From assembly GCA_016189025.1 (NCBI GenBank), contig JACPGS010000018.1, positions 6,921 to 70,920 on the forward strand: DNA of 64,000 bases, given 5' to 3'. The DNA comes from Candidatus Magasanikiibacteriota bacterium. GTDB lineage: Bacteria; Patescibacteriota; Patescibacteriia; Magasanikbacterales; GWA2-37-8. Each line of letters opens with the position of its first letter. The first letter of the stretch is position 1. Made by a program: the position numbers and the translations under genes. This document shows positions 8,222 to 16,879 of this stretch, in pieces. The notes beneath the pieces were generated by a model, which was given only the letters and a program-made list of their open reading frames with translations, was not told where the DNA came from and ran no database searches.

Positions 8222-9856
8222 ATGCTTCGCACTAAATACCTCTTTGTGGTCGGCGGCGTGCTGTCGGGGGTGGGGAAGGGGATTACCGCTGCTTCCATCG
8301 GCCGGATGCTCGCGAACCGCGGGCTGAAAGTGTCGGCGATTAAAATTGACCCCTACATCAACGTGGACGCCGGCACCATGAATCCGGTGGAGCACGGCGA
8401 GGTATTTGTCACCGACGACGGCGACGAAACCGACCAGGATATCGGCAATTATGAGCGTTTTTTGGATACGGACATTACTTCCGTCAATTACCTGACCACC
8501 GGCCGGGTGTACCAGTCGGTAATTCAGAAAGAGCGCAGCATGAAGTATCGCGGCCACTGCGTGCAGGTGGTGCCCCACATACCTTTGGAAGTAGTGGAGC
8601 GCATTAAAGCCGCGGCGGCGGCTACCCGCGCCCAGCTCGTGATTGTGGAAGTCGGGGGCACGGTCGGCGAATACGAAAACATTTTGTTTCTGGAGGCGGC
8701 GCGAATGATGAAGCTGGCTACCCCCGACGACGTGGGGTTTGTCTTAGTCAGCTACCTGCCAATCCCCAGCCACCTCGGCGAAATGAAGACCAAGCCCACC
8801 CAGCATGCGGTGCGCGCGCTTAACAACAGCGGCGTGCAGCCGGATTTTATTGTCGCCCGCGGCAAAGATGAGCTGGATAAACCGCGGCGGGAAAAACTGG
8901 CGTATTTCTGCTCGTTGCGCTCGGAGGATGACGTAATCGCGGCGCCGGATGTGGGCAGCATCTACGAAGTGCCGGCCTTGTTTGAACGGCAGCATTTTCC
9001 CGAGCTGTTGGCGAAGCGCTTGAAGCTGCGTTTGCGCGACAAGAAAAACCGGCAGTGGCATCACTTCCTGCAGCGTCTGCACGGCGCCGCCACGCCGGTG
9101 AAGATCGCGGTGGTCGGCAAGTATTTTGGTTCTGGCAATTATACCCTGGCGGATTCTTACATCTCGGTGATTGAGGCTATTAAACATGCGGCTTGGAGCT
9201 TGGGCGCGCGGCCGGAGTTAACCTGGATTGATTCGGAAGAGTTTGAAGCGAACAGCGGCCGGGTGCGGGAGCTGAAAAATTACCAGGCGGTGATTGTGCC
9301 CGGCGGATTTGGCACGCGTGGGATTGAAGGCATTATCAGCGCCATTAAATTTATCCGCGAACAGAGCATTCCCTATCTGGGGCTCTGCTACGGCATGCAG
9401 CTCGCCTGTATTGAGTTTGCCCGCCATGTTCTGCATTTTGAGGGCGCCCATACCGTGGAGTGCCGTCCGGATAGTCCATATCTCGTGATTAATGTCAATC
9501 CGGCGCAAGCCAAAAACATCCGCGAAGATCGTTACGGCGGCACCATGCGCCTGGGGGCTTACCGTTGCCAGCTAAAACCAAAGACTAAAGTACAAAAATT
9601 GTACCGCGCCACCGAAGTCAGCGAGCGCCATCGCCACCGCTACGAATTCAATAATGATTTTCGGACGAAAATGGAGGAGGCCGGGTTCGGGGTCGTCGGC
9701 GTTAATCCCGAAGCCAATTTAGTGGAGATTATTGAGCTCGCTAATCATCCCTATTTTGTCGGTACCCAATTCCACCCGGAATTCAAATCGCGCCCGCTGC
9801 ATCCGCATCCTCTGTTTGTGGGTTTGATTAAAGCAGCCTTGGTACGTCAGCAGTGA
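8222..9856 (+). CDS. pyrG: CTP synthase
   Basis: KYLFVVGGVLSGVGKGITAASIGRML P-loop-like N-terminus and the glutamine amidotransferase motif GLCYGMQL…H…E. Start placed at the internal ATG 8222 (MLRTKY…) rather than ORF-track 8195. Confidence 0.9.
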   Translation: MLRTKYLFVVGGVLSGVGKGITAASIGRMLANRGLKVSAIKIDPYINVDAGTMNPVEHGEVFVTDDGDETDQDIGNYERFLDTDITSVNYLTTGRVYQSVIQKERSMKYRGHCVQVVPHIPLEVVERIKAAAAATRAQLVIVEVGGTVGEYENILFLEAARMMKLATPDDVGFVLVSYLPIPSHLGEMKTKPTQHAVRALNNSGVQPDFIVARGKDELDKPRREKLAYFCSLRSEDDVIAAPDVGSIYEVPALFERQHFPELLAKRLKLRLRDKKNRQWHHFLQRLHGAATPVKIAVVGKYFGSGNYTLADSYISVIEAIKHAAWSLGARPELTWIDSEEFEANSGRVRELKNYQAVIVPGGFGTRGIEGIISAIKFIREQSIPYLGLCYGMQLACIEFARHVLHFEGAHTVECRPDSPYLVINVNPAQAKNIREDRYGGTMRLGAYRCQLKPKTKVQKLYRATEVSERHRHRYEFNNDFRTKMEEAGFGVVGVNPEANLVEIIELANHPYFVGTQFHPEFKSRPLHPHPLFVGLIKAALVRQQ

Positions 9857-9864
9857 TATTATGA

Positions 9865-9974
9865 GACTGTAGAAGAATACCGACGATAATCGTTATCCGC
9901 CTGGTCGCTGTCGCTATTGTTAGGATTGCCTGGTCGGTCGCCCCGACTTAGTCGGGGCGCCCTGATGCTAACTG
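9865..9974. repeat. Family-B MITE-like repeat, truncated copy (left TIR only)
   Basis: gactgtagaagaatacc TIR, then ctggtcgctgtcgctattg…ggtcggtcgCCCCGACTTAGTCGGGGcgccctgatgctaac. It lacks the large outer stem of full copies. Confidence 0.5.
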
Positions 9975-10000
9975 ATTTTTTTCATCCTCATCCCTAGTAC

Positions 10001-11383
10001 TTATCTCCCGGCCAAACGCACTAAAATGTTAAAGGTGCGCAGCACAATGGCCAGGTCAAGCAGGAAGCTGCGATTTTTGATATAGTACAGATCGTATTGC
10101 AGCTTGAACAGATTTTCTTCCAGGGTGCCGTAGTAGGCGCGGTGCAGCTGCGCCCAGCCGGTGAGTCCGGGTTTAATCAAATGCCGCAGCTGATAATAGG
10201 GCATTTGTTTGGTCAGTTCCGCTACAAATTCTGGCCGTTCGGGGCGCGGCCCTACCAGCCCCATTTCCCCGCGCAGAATGTTAATAAATTGGGGTAGCTC
10301 ATCCAGCCGGGTGCGGCGTAAGAAGCGCCCCACGGTGGTAATACGGGTATCCCCTTGTTGTGCAAACTGCGGCCCGGCAGTTTCGGCGCTGCCGTCGGGG
10401 GCAAGCGCCCGCATCGTGCGGTATTTATACAGCATAAACGGCCGGCCGCCGCGCCCCACCCGCTCCTGGCGGAAGAAAACCGGGCCGCGCGAGGTGAGGG
10501 CAACACCCAGGGCAATTAAGGGCAGGGTGGCCAGCCATACTGCCCCCATCAGGAGCGCCACCAGATAATCCGCCAGAATCCGCAGGCGGTCGTAAACCCT
10601 TTTTTCCTGCTCTTTAAGGTGGGCGACAAAATACGATTCCGAAAAAGTAAACGCCGGGACGCGGCCAAAAATATCTTCATAGAATTTTTCCAGGCTGGCA
10701 ATGCTGGCTTGCCGGAAGAGCGCCTGATATAAATCCTTCAGCAGCAATTCGTTATTGGCTGATTCCGGGGCAATCACGATAATATTAGGATAGCGGCCGA
10801 GAGCGCTCACTAAATCAGCCAGACGTTCGGCCCGCGGGTAAGCGGCCAGCGCCGCCGGCAGCGTCTCAGCCGTAGGCAGCAGCAAGCCTGCCACGGCAAA
10901 ACCGTGCTCCGGTTGTCTAGCCAGATAGTTCACCAATTCTTCTACCTCGCCGCGATATCCGGCAAATACCAGGTTCGTTTGCCAGATAGTTCGTGCTAAG
11001 AAGCGGTTATAGACGGCGCGCCACAGGGCCAGCAGGGTCCAGCCGCTGGCGGTAATTAACGCCAAAGTGGTCTTGGGAGTAACAATGGTGCGCGGGTTGG
11101 CGTAGAAGTAAAGAACGCCGATCGCTAGCCACGTACCGCTCCCAATCAGAAGTTTTTGGAAGAAAGTCCAGGAGTTTTTGGTCCGGCCAACGTCGTAGAG
11201 TCCGGCGACGAATAAAATCACCACTGCTGCCAGGAACAACAAAGTAAGCGGACCTGCTAGTAGCGCCAAGGTTCGCTCGGGGGCGGGCCACTGCCAGTGC
11301 CGGAGAGCGACTCCCAGATAGAGTCCGGCGTAGAGGCAAACCAGGTCGCCGAAGAGCAGCGTCAGTTGTTTCAGGCGGTACAT
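10001..11383 (-). CDS. Polyprenyl-phosphate hexose-1-phosphate transferase (WbaP/CpsE-type initiating sugar transferase)
   Basis: The C-terminal bacterial sugar-transferase domain (RPFMLYKYRTMRA…DTRITTVGRFLRRTRLDELPQFINILRGEMGLVGPRPERPEF) is preceded by several TM helices. Confidence 0.8.
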   Translation of the reverse strand: MYRLKQLTLLFGDLVCLYAGLYLGVALRHWQWPAPERTLALLAGPLTLLFLAAVVILFVAGLYDVGRTKNSWTFFQKLLIGSGTWLAIGVLYFYANPRTIVTPKTTLALITASGWTLLALWRAVYNRFLARTIWQTNLVFAGYRGEVEELVNYLARQPEHGFAVAGLLLPTAETLPAALAAYPRAERLADLVSALGRYPNIIVIAPESANNELLLKDLYQALFRQASIASLEKFYEDIFGRVPAFTFSESYFVAHLKEQEKRVYDRLRILADYLVALLMGAVWLATLPLIALGVALTSRGPVFFRQERVGRGGRPFMLYKYRTMRALAPDGSAETAGPQFAQQGDTRITTVGRFLRRTRLDELPQFINILRGEMGLVGPRPERPEFVAELTKQMPYYQLRHLIKPGLTGWAQLHRAYYGTLEENLFKLQYDLYYIKNRSFLLDLAIVLRTFNILVRLAGR

Positions 11384-11477
11384 ACCCTTTAATGCTACCC
11401 TAAAGTCAGCTAAAAATCAATCCCCTTTCCCCATTGCCAATGATTTGCCAGAGTAGTATAATATCAGGGAAATTATT

Positions 11478-12506
11478 ATGCCTACCACCCCCATTTTTGA
11501 AAAAAAGAACGTGCTGGTAACCGGCGGCGCCGGGTTCCTGGGCAGCCATCTGTGCGAGGAATTGCTGGCCGAAGCCAAAGTAATCTGCGTGGATGATTTT
11601 TCCAATTCTCATCCGCATAATATTGAGCACCTGCTGCAGTATCCTGATTTTGAATTTATCAAGCACGATGTTAACCGGCCGCTGGATTTATCGGGTTTTG
11701 CCGAACTGGACAAATTCAAAGTTAAGTTCCAAGGGATTCAGGAAATTTACCACCTGGCCTGCCCCACCAGTCCGCGGCGGTTTGACGAGCAGAAGCAGCA
11801 GATTTTGCTGTCTAATTCTGCCGCGGTGATTAACACCCTGGAGCTGGCGGTAAAGCACCGCGCCCGGTATTTGTTAGCTTCCAGCGCCGTGGTGTACGGC
11901 GATGATATCGGCGAGCGGGATCGGGTGCCGGAAACTGATCTCGGTGCCGTGAACCAGCTTTCCCCGCGCGCTTGCTACGACGAGGGCAAGCGGTTTGCCG
12001 AGGCCTGTGTGGCCACTTATCGCGAGCGATTACAGATTGACGCCAAAATTGCCCGGCTGTTTACTGCCTATGGCCCGCGCCAGCGGTTGTTTGAGCATCA
12101 GCTGATTCCGGATTTTATTATCAACGCCCTGGAGGGGCGGGAGCTGGTAATTTTCGGCGATGAGCAATTTTCCACTTCGCTTTGCTATATTACCGACCTG
12201 GTGGACGGCGTGCGCCGACTGCAGGCCGCGGCGACAAACACCTGGGTAGTGAATTTGGGCGGCGAAGAGCGGGTGCGCTACCGCGCGGTAGCCGAAATCA
12301 TTAAAAAAATGACCGGCTCCCAATCGGCGATAGTGTTCAAAGAGCCGCTTACTTTTTTGACCCGCAAAGGCACGCCGGACATTACCCGCGCCAAAGAAGA
12401 GTTGGGTTGGTTCCCTCTGGTCAGGCTGGAAGACGGCCTGCGCAAGACCATTGATTATGTATTAGCGCACAAAGAAGCATTGCTGATTAACAATCGGAAT
12501 ACTTAA
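11478..12506 (+). CDS. NAD-dependent sugar-nucleotide epimerase/dehydratase (extended SDR)
   Basis: Rossmann motif VLVTGGAGFLGSHLCEEL and a catalytic YxxxK-containing region (CYDEGKRFAEA). Confidence 0.8.
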   Translation: MPTTPIFEKKNVLVTGGAGFLGSHLCEELLAEAKVICVDDFSNSHPHNIEHLLQYPDFEFIKHDVNRPLDLSGFAELDKFKVKFQGIQEIYHLACPTSPRRFDEQKQQILLSNSAAVINTLELAVKHRARYLLASSAVVYGDDIGERDRVPETDLGAVNQLSPRACYDEGKRFAEACVATYRERLQIDAKIARLFTAYGPRQRLFEHQLIPDFIINALEGRELVIFGDEQFSTSLCYITDLVDGVRRLQAAATNTWVVNLGGEERVRYRAVAEIIKKMTGSQSAIVFKEPLTFLTRKGTPDITRAKEELGWFPLVRLEDGLRKTIDYVLAHKEALLINNRNT

Positions 12507-12575
12507 TCCTTGCGTTGAATTGCGAAATTGCCCTCTTCTGGTCGCTCGGTCGTGGTATACATTCTTGGCAATGTT

Positions 12576-13268
12576 ATGCACCTGGTCATCATTGTGCCAG
12601 CCTATAACGAAACTCAACACCTTGGTCGCGTCTGTCGCGGCCTTTTTGAACAAAACTCAAGATTAACTGAATTAGGGTTTAAGAGAATTACGACAGTAGT
12701 GGTGGATGATGGCTCCACTGATGCCACCGCCGAGATTGCCCGGTGCGAGGGCGCGGTGGTAATCCGACATCCGCTTAACCGCGGGCAGGGGGCGGCCTTG
12801 GAAACCGGCGATGAATATGCGCGCGTTATTGGCGCGGATGTAGCGGTGCATTTTGACGCGGACGGCCAGTTTAATCCGGGGGATGTGGCGCCGGCGGTGC
12901 AAGCGCTGTTAACGTCAGGGAAAGAGGTAATTTTGGGCTCGCGTTGGTTAGGCCGCCCGGCGCGGGGGGTTCCCTTCGTTAAGCGTATTTTATTGCGCAC
13001 CGTCGGCCGCTGGTTTACTTATCTGCAGACCGGCGTTTGGCTGACGGATTTTCATAACGGCTTTCGCGTGTTTAACCGGCGGGCGCTCTCGCTCATCCGG
13101 CTGACCCACGACGGCATGGCGCATAATGCGGAAATTATCGCCGCGCTCCGGCGCCACCGGCTGACTTTTGCCGAATGGCCGGTGGAGGTTACTTACCACG
13201 AATACGGCCAGGGCGTGCGCGGCGGCGCCAAAATTTTTTGGGATTTATTGTGGGAAAATTTTCGTTAG
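12576..13268 (+). CDS. Family-2 glycosyltransferase (DPM1/GtrB-like)
   Basis: HLVIIVPAYNETQHL…VVVDDGSTDAT… carries the DxD-type GT-A signatures. Start moved to the internal ATG 12576. Confidence 0.8.
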   Translation: MHLVIIVPAYNETQHLGRVCRGLFEQNSRLTELGFKRITTVVVDDGSTDATAEIARCEGAVVIRHPLNRGQGAALETGDEYARVIGADVAVHFDADGQFNPGDVAPAVQALLTSGKEVILGSRWLGRPARGVPFVKRILLRTVGRWFTYLQTGVWLTDFHNGFRVFNRRALSLIRLTHDGMAHNAEIIAALRRHRLTFAEWPVEVTYHEYGQGVRGGAKIFWDLLWENFR

Positions 13269-13271
13269 TGT

Positions 13272-13628
13272 ATGTTGCTGATCCAAATTCTGTTAGTGGC
13301 GTTTTTTCTCTACGCCATCTATAAGGCAGGGGCGCGGCGGCGGGCCGGCGATTTGACTGCGCCGGGCGCGGTTTTTTGGCTGGTGTTTTGGACCGCCGGG
13401 ATTGCAGTAGTAATCTTCCCGGTGCCGATTACCTTTTATTTTGCCCGGCGGTTGGGCGTGGGGCGGGGCGCTGACCTGGTAGTGTATGCGGCTTTGGCGC
13501 TGTTATTTTTTTTGGTATTTAATCTGATGGTGCGGAGCGAGCGGCTGAACCGCGAAGTTACTAAACTGACCAGAACCATTGCCCTGGCGGAGGCCTTAAA
13601 GAAAAAAGAAGAAGACGTAAATCTGTGA
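13272..13628 (+). CDS. Small polytopic membrane protein, tightly coupled to the GT2 gene (DUF2304-like pattern)
   Basis: Three or four hydrophobic helices and a charged C-terminal tail. The assignment comes from position and topology only. Confidence 0.35.
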   Translation: MLLIQILLVAFFLYAIYKAGARRRAGDLTAPGAVFWLVFWTAGIAVVIFPVPITFYFARRLGVGRGADLVVYAALALLFFLVFNLMVRSERLNREVTKLTRTIALAEALKKKEEDVNL

Positions 13629-14764
13629 AGATTGCTCATGTAGTCGGCACTTTTCCGCCGCATCCGGGCGGCATGGGGCAGGTGGCGCTAGATGAGTGCC
13701 GGGAATTAGCAGCGCGCGGGCATCACGTTACGGTATTTACCATGCGCTATCCCGGCGCCAGTTATCAGCTGTCCTCCGGAGAGCCGTTTTCCGTAGTGCG
13801 GCTTCATCCCTGGCTTAAAGCGGGCGATGCGGGCGCGGTGCCGCAACTGTTATTCCGTTTGGCCGGGTTTGATCTGGTTCATCTCCATTATCCCTGGTAC
13901 GGCGGGGCCGAGTGGGTGTGGCTCGCTAAATGGTTGCGCCGGCAGCGCTATTTGGTTACTTATCATTTGTCGGCGCAGCCGGTAGGCTGGTTTAAGCGGG
14001 CGGTGCAAATAGGGTATGATTTAATTTGGGCGCGGACAATTTTAGGCAACGCGGAAAAATTATTAGTGGTAGACCAAGAATACTTTGCCAACTCTCCCTG
14101 GGGTTTAGCGTCTTGGCCGGCAAAAATTGTGGAATTGCCTAATGGCGTGGATACCGCGGTGTTTCAGCCGGCTAGCCGGACTGTGTCAGCCGAGAAGGGG
14201 GAGCGGACCATTTTATTTGTCGGCAATCTGATGCCGGTGAAGCGATTGGATTTATTGCTTTTAGCAATGCGGCAGTTGTCGCCGGATAACGTCAAATTAG
14301 TGGTGGTAGGCGGCGGGTATGATGAGAAGAAGTATCAAAAATTGACGGCAGACTACGGATTACAGACCGCCGTTCAATTTGCGGGGCGGTGTGATGACCG
14401 GGAAAAGCTCGCCGAATATTATCAGCAGGCGACTTGTCTAGTGGTGCCATCCGAGGCCGAATCATTTTCGTTAGTGGCGCTGGAGGCCATGGCCTGCGGC
14501 TGCCCGGTAATTGCCGCGGATATTCCCGGCCTGCGCGCTCGAATTATCGCGGGTCAAGATGGTTTTTTGTTCACCCCCGGCTCGGTGGCCGATTTAGTTG
14601 CCAAAATTAAATTGCTGTTAAGTTTAAGCGCCGCCGAGCGGCGGCAAATGGGAGAGCGCGGCCGGCAAAAAGTTTTGGCACAATACAGTTTAGAGCAGCA
14701 CGTTAACAGGCTAGAGGAAGTTTATCATCTGTTTCTTCAAACTGGGAAATCTGAATCGATTTAA
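13625..14764 (+). CDS. Family-1 (GT4-type) glycosyltransferase
   Basis: C-terminal motif EAESFSLVALEAMACGCPVIAADIPG, the typical GT4 E-x7-E region. Confidence 0.8.
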   Translation: MKIAHVVGTFPPHPGGMGQVALDECRELAARGHHVTVFTMRYPGASYQLSSGEPFSVVRLHPWLKAGDAGAVPQLLFRLAGFDLVHLHYPWYGGAEWVWLAKWLRRQRYLVTYHLSAQPVGWFKRAVQIGYDLIWARTILGNAEKLLVVDQEYFANSPWGLASWPAKIVELPNGVDTAVFQPASRTVSAEKGERTILFVGNLMPVKRLDLLLLAMRQLSPDNVKLVVVGGGYDEKKYQKLTADYGLQTAVQFAGRCDDREKLAEYYQQATCLVVPSEAESFSLVALEAMACGCPVIAADIPGLRARIIAGQDGFLFTPGSVADLVAKIKLLLSLSAAERRQMGERGRQKVLAQYSLEQHVNRLEEVYHLFLQTGKSESI

Positions 14765-14767
14765 ATT

Positions 14768-14863
14768 ACGCAACGAGCGAGGGAGTGGTAGACGGGTTCC
14801 CTACGCGCGCACCCCCGCGTAGGCGGGGGGAGCACGGAGGGTGTCTACCACGACCGAGCGACT
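14768..14863. repeat. Family-A structured repeat, inverted orientation
   Basis: It is the reverse complement of the consensus ctggtcgctcggtcgTGGTAGAC…GTCTACCActccctcgctc, with inner hairpin ccccgcgtaggcgggggg. Confidence 0.55.
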
Positions 14864-14881
14864 ATGCCATAGTTAAATACT

Positions 14882-15700
14882 GTGTTTGATTACGAGCAAT
14901 CTATCTGGGGCCGGGGAGAGGCGAGCAAGCGGTGGAGCGATCCGACGAGTTTCCGTCTGCGGCAGGCTTTGGCGGCCTTGCGCCGTCTCCCGGCCGGTTC
15001 CTTGGTGCTGGAGGTCGGGTGCGGAGCAGGGCAATTTATCCGGGCGATTAAGCAGGCGCGGCCGGAGTTAAATTGCCACGGCTCTGATATCAGCCAGGCC
15101 GCTATTACCCGGGCGCAAGAACAGCGGGATGGCGCTAGTTATGCTGTCAGCGCGCCTTACCAGCTGCCGCACCCGAGCGCCACTTTTGACGCCATAGTGT
15201 TTTTTGACGTGTTGGAGCACGTAGACAATCCGGCGCGGCTGCTGCAGGAAATCAGGCGGGTCCTTAAACCATCAGGCCTTCTCTACGGATTTGTTCCGTG
15301 CGAGGGCGACTGGACATCGCTGTGGTACTGGTTGGATAAATTCCAGCTAAAAAAAGATTTGACCAAAAAGTACGCCGGTCATCTGCAGTATTTTTCCCGC
15401 GCGGCGCTCCGGCAACTGTTAGCCGATAACGGTTGGCGCATTATCCGGCGCCGCTACAGCGAACATTTAGTAGGACAACTGGCAGGAGTAATAACATTTT
15501 TTTTAATGAATCGCCTGGCGAAACAGCAGGGCCTGGCGCAATTGAACAACGAACAATTTTTTGCTCCCGTAGGCAGTGGTTCTGCTTTCAGCCGATTTAA
15601 GCGCCTAGCCAATGTCATCATTTTTTGCGAATCCAGTTTATTACGTTTCCTCCCCTCGCCCAATGTTCATTTGGCAGCAGTGAAACAAAAATCCGCGTAA
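14882..15700 (+). CDS. Class I SAM-dependent methyltransferase
   Basis: Motif I LVLEVGCGAGQF, motif II DAIVFFDVLEHV, and post-I acidic D. Confidence 0.75.
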   Translation: MFDYEQSIWGRGEASKRWSDPTSFRLRQALAALRRLPAGSLVLEVGCGAGQFIRAIKQARPELNCHGSDISQAAITRAQEQRDGASYAVSAPYQLPHPSATFDAIVFFDVLEHVDNPARLLQEIRRVLKPSGLLYGFVPCEGDWTSLWYWLDKFQLKKDLTKKYAGHLQYFSRAALRQLLADNGWRIIRRRYSEHLVGQLAGVITFFLMNRLAKQQGLAQLNNEQFFAPVGSGSAFSRFKRLANVIIFCESSLLRFLPSPNVHLAAVKQKSA

Positions 15701-15727
15701 TTCTCAATAATCTGGGTAATCCGTGTT

Positions 15728-16363
15728 ATGAAAGTGCTCCACCTCATTCCCGCGGCGTTTGATTATTTTGCCGATATTGAAGCCGGCGCTTTCCGCCTGG
15801 TAGAAGAGCTGTCCAAATTGGGAGTGGGAGCCGAGGCGTTTACCGTGCAGTTTGCCAAACCGCCGCGCGAGGTGACGCGGGAAAAAGCGCCGCCCGGGCT
15901 GCCGCCGCCGCACTACCGGGGCGCCGTTACCGTGTCGGAAGTAGAAACTCGGTTGGCAGAATTTGATCTGCTGCATGTCCATACTCCGCTCTTCGGCGCG
16001 GCCGGCCGGGTACTGCGCTGGCAGCAGCAGCACCCCCAGTTGCCGCTAGTGGTTACTTGGCACCGGGCACTGCCTACGCCGGATGCTTTTGCCCTGCTGA
16101 TTAAAATCTATAATCTGTATTATTTGCCTAAACTTTTTGCCGCCGCAGCGGTAATCGCCTGCCCCTCGCGCCAAGTATTTGGTAATTACTTTTGGCAGCG
16201 CGCCGGGCGTTATCAAAATAAAATCCAGGAAATTAACGAAACGCCGCCCTTTGGGGTGGGGGAACCAGAAGCCGAGAGCGAGTTGCCTTTGGCGGGACCG
16301 GAGCGACTGGCGTATCGGTACTTTTTGGTGTATACTGATTTAGTGGAAAAAGGTCAGCAATGA
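15728..16363 (+). CDS. Hypothetical protein, possibly a degenerate GT4 N-terminal domain
   Basis: MKVLHLIPAAFDYFADIE…LLHVHTPLFG resembles a glycosyltransferase-4 N-domain. There is no C-terminal catalytic half. Confidence 0.3.
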   Translation: MKVLHLIPAAFDYFADIEAGAFRLVEELSKLGVGAEAFTVQFAKPPREVTREKAPPGLPPPHYRGAVTVSEVETRLAEFDLLHVHTPLFGAAGRVLRWQQQHPQLPLVVTWHRALPTPDAFALLIKIYNLYYLPKLFAAAAVIACPSRQVFGNYFWQRAGRYQNKIQEINETPPFGVGEPEAESELPLAGPERLAYRYFLVYTDLVEKGQQ

Positions 16364-16390
16364 ATCCCGATTAGGAAATACATTATTTGA

Positions 16391-16516
16391 CTGGTCGCTG
16401 TCGCTAGTGCTTAAAATCCGCTGGGTCGGTCGCGGCAGACACTCTTTGGGTGCTCTCCCGACTTGAGATCGGGATGCGCGCCCAAAGACACTCGTCTGCC
16501 GCGCCCTGATTCTAAC
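16391..16516. repeat. Family-B MITE-like repeat without clear TIRs
   Basis: ctggtcgctgtcgctagtg…GGCAGACACTCTTTGGGtgctcTCCCGACTTGAGATCGGGAtgcgcgCCCAAAGACACTCGTCTGCCgcgccctgattctaac. Confidence 0.55.
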
Positions 16517-16570
16517 TAGTTAAGCCTCTTTATATGGTTTTTAACCGTTAATTCTTGTTAATCACGGTAT

Positions 16571-16879
16571 ATGGGTCGCTTTAAAAAAGGTCTATTTTTA
16601 GGGGGGCTGTTGGGAGCGGCGTTGATGTGGCTGAACGCCACCCCGCGGGGCAAGGAAATGCGGGCCAAACTCCTGCTCCATCTGGAGCCGCTCTACAACG
16701 AGCTAAAGGAGAGCGTGAAAAAACTGGAGGGGCCCACCCGCGAGATGTACGAAGCGCTGGTGGAGCGCGCCGTGGAAGAATATGCCGAGCGCCGCGCCTT
16801 GGCGGCCGAGTTCAAGCAGATGCTAGCGCGGGAGCTGAAGAAGAAGTGGGTAGAGCTGGAGCGGGAGCTGCGGAAGTAG
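16571..16879 (+). CDS. YtxH-like small membrane-anchored protein
   Basis: N-terminal GLFLGGLLGAALMWL… followed by a charged coiled-coil tail, the typical YtxH/DUF948 layout. Confidence 0.45.
   Translation: MGRFKKGLFLGGLLGAALMWLNATPRGKEMRAKLLLHLEPLYNELKESVKKLEGPTREMYEALVERAVEEYAERRALAAEFKQMLARELKKKWVELERELRK

Noticed and set aside
16812-16879. 68-nt overlap between the recJ 3' end and the ytxH-like gene
   Set aside because: This is probably a minor ORF-boundary artefact (the recJ C-terminal tail is low-complexity Ala/Pro/Ser) and not a meaningful antisense arrangement. I could not decide which end is mis-called.
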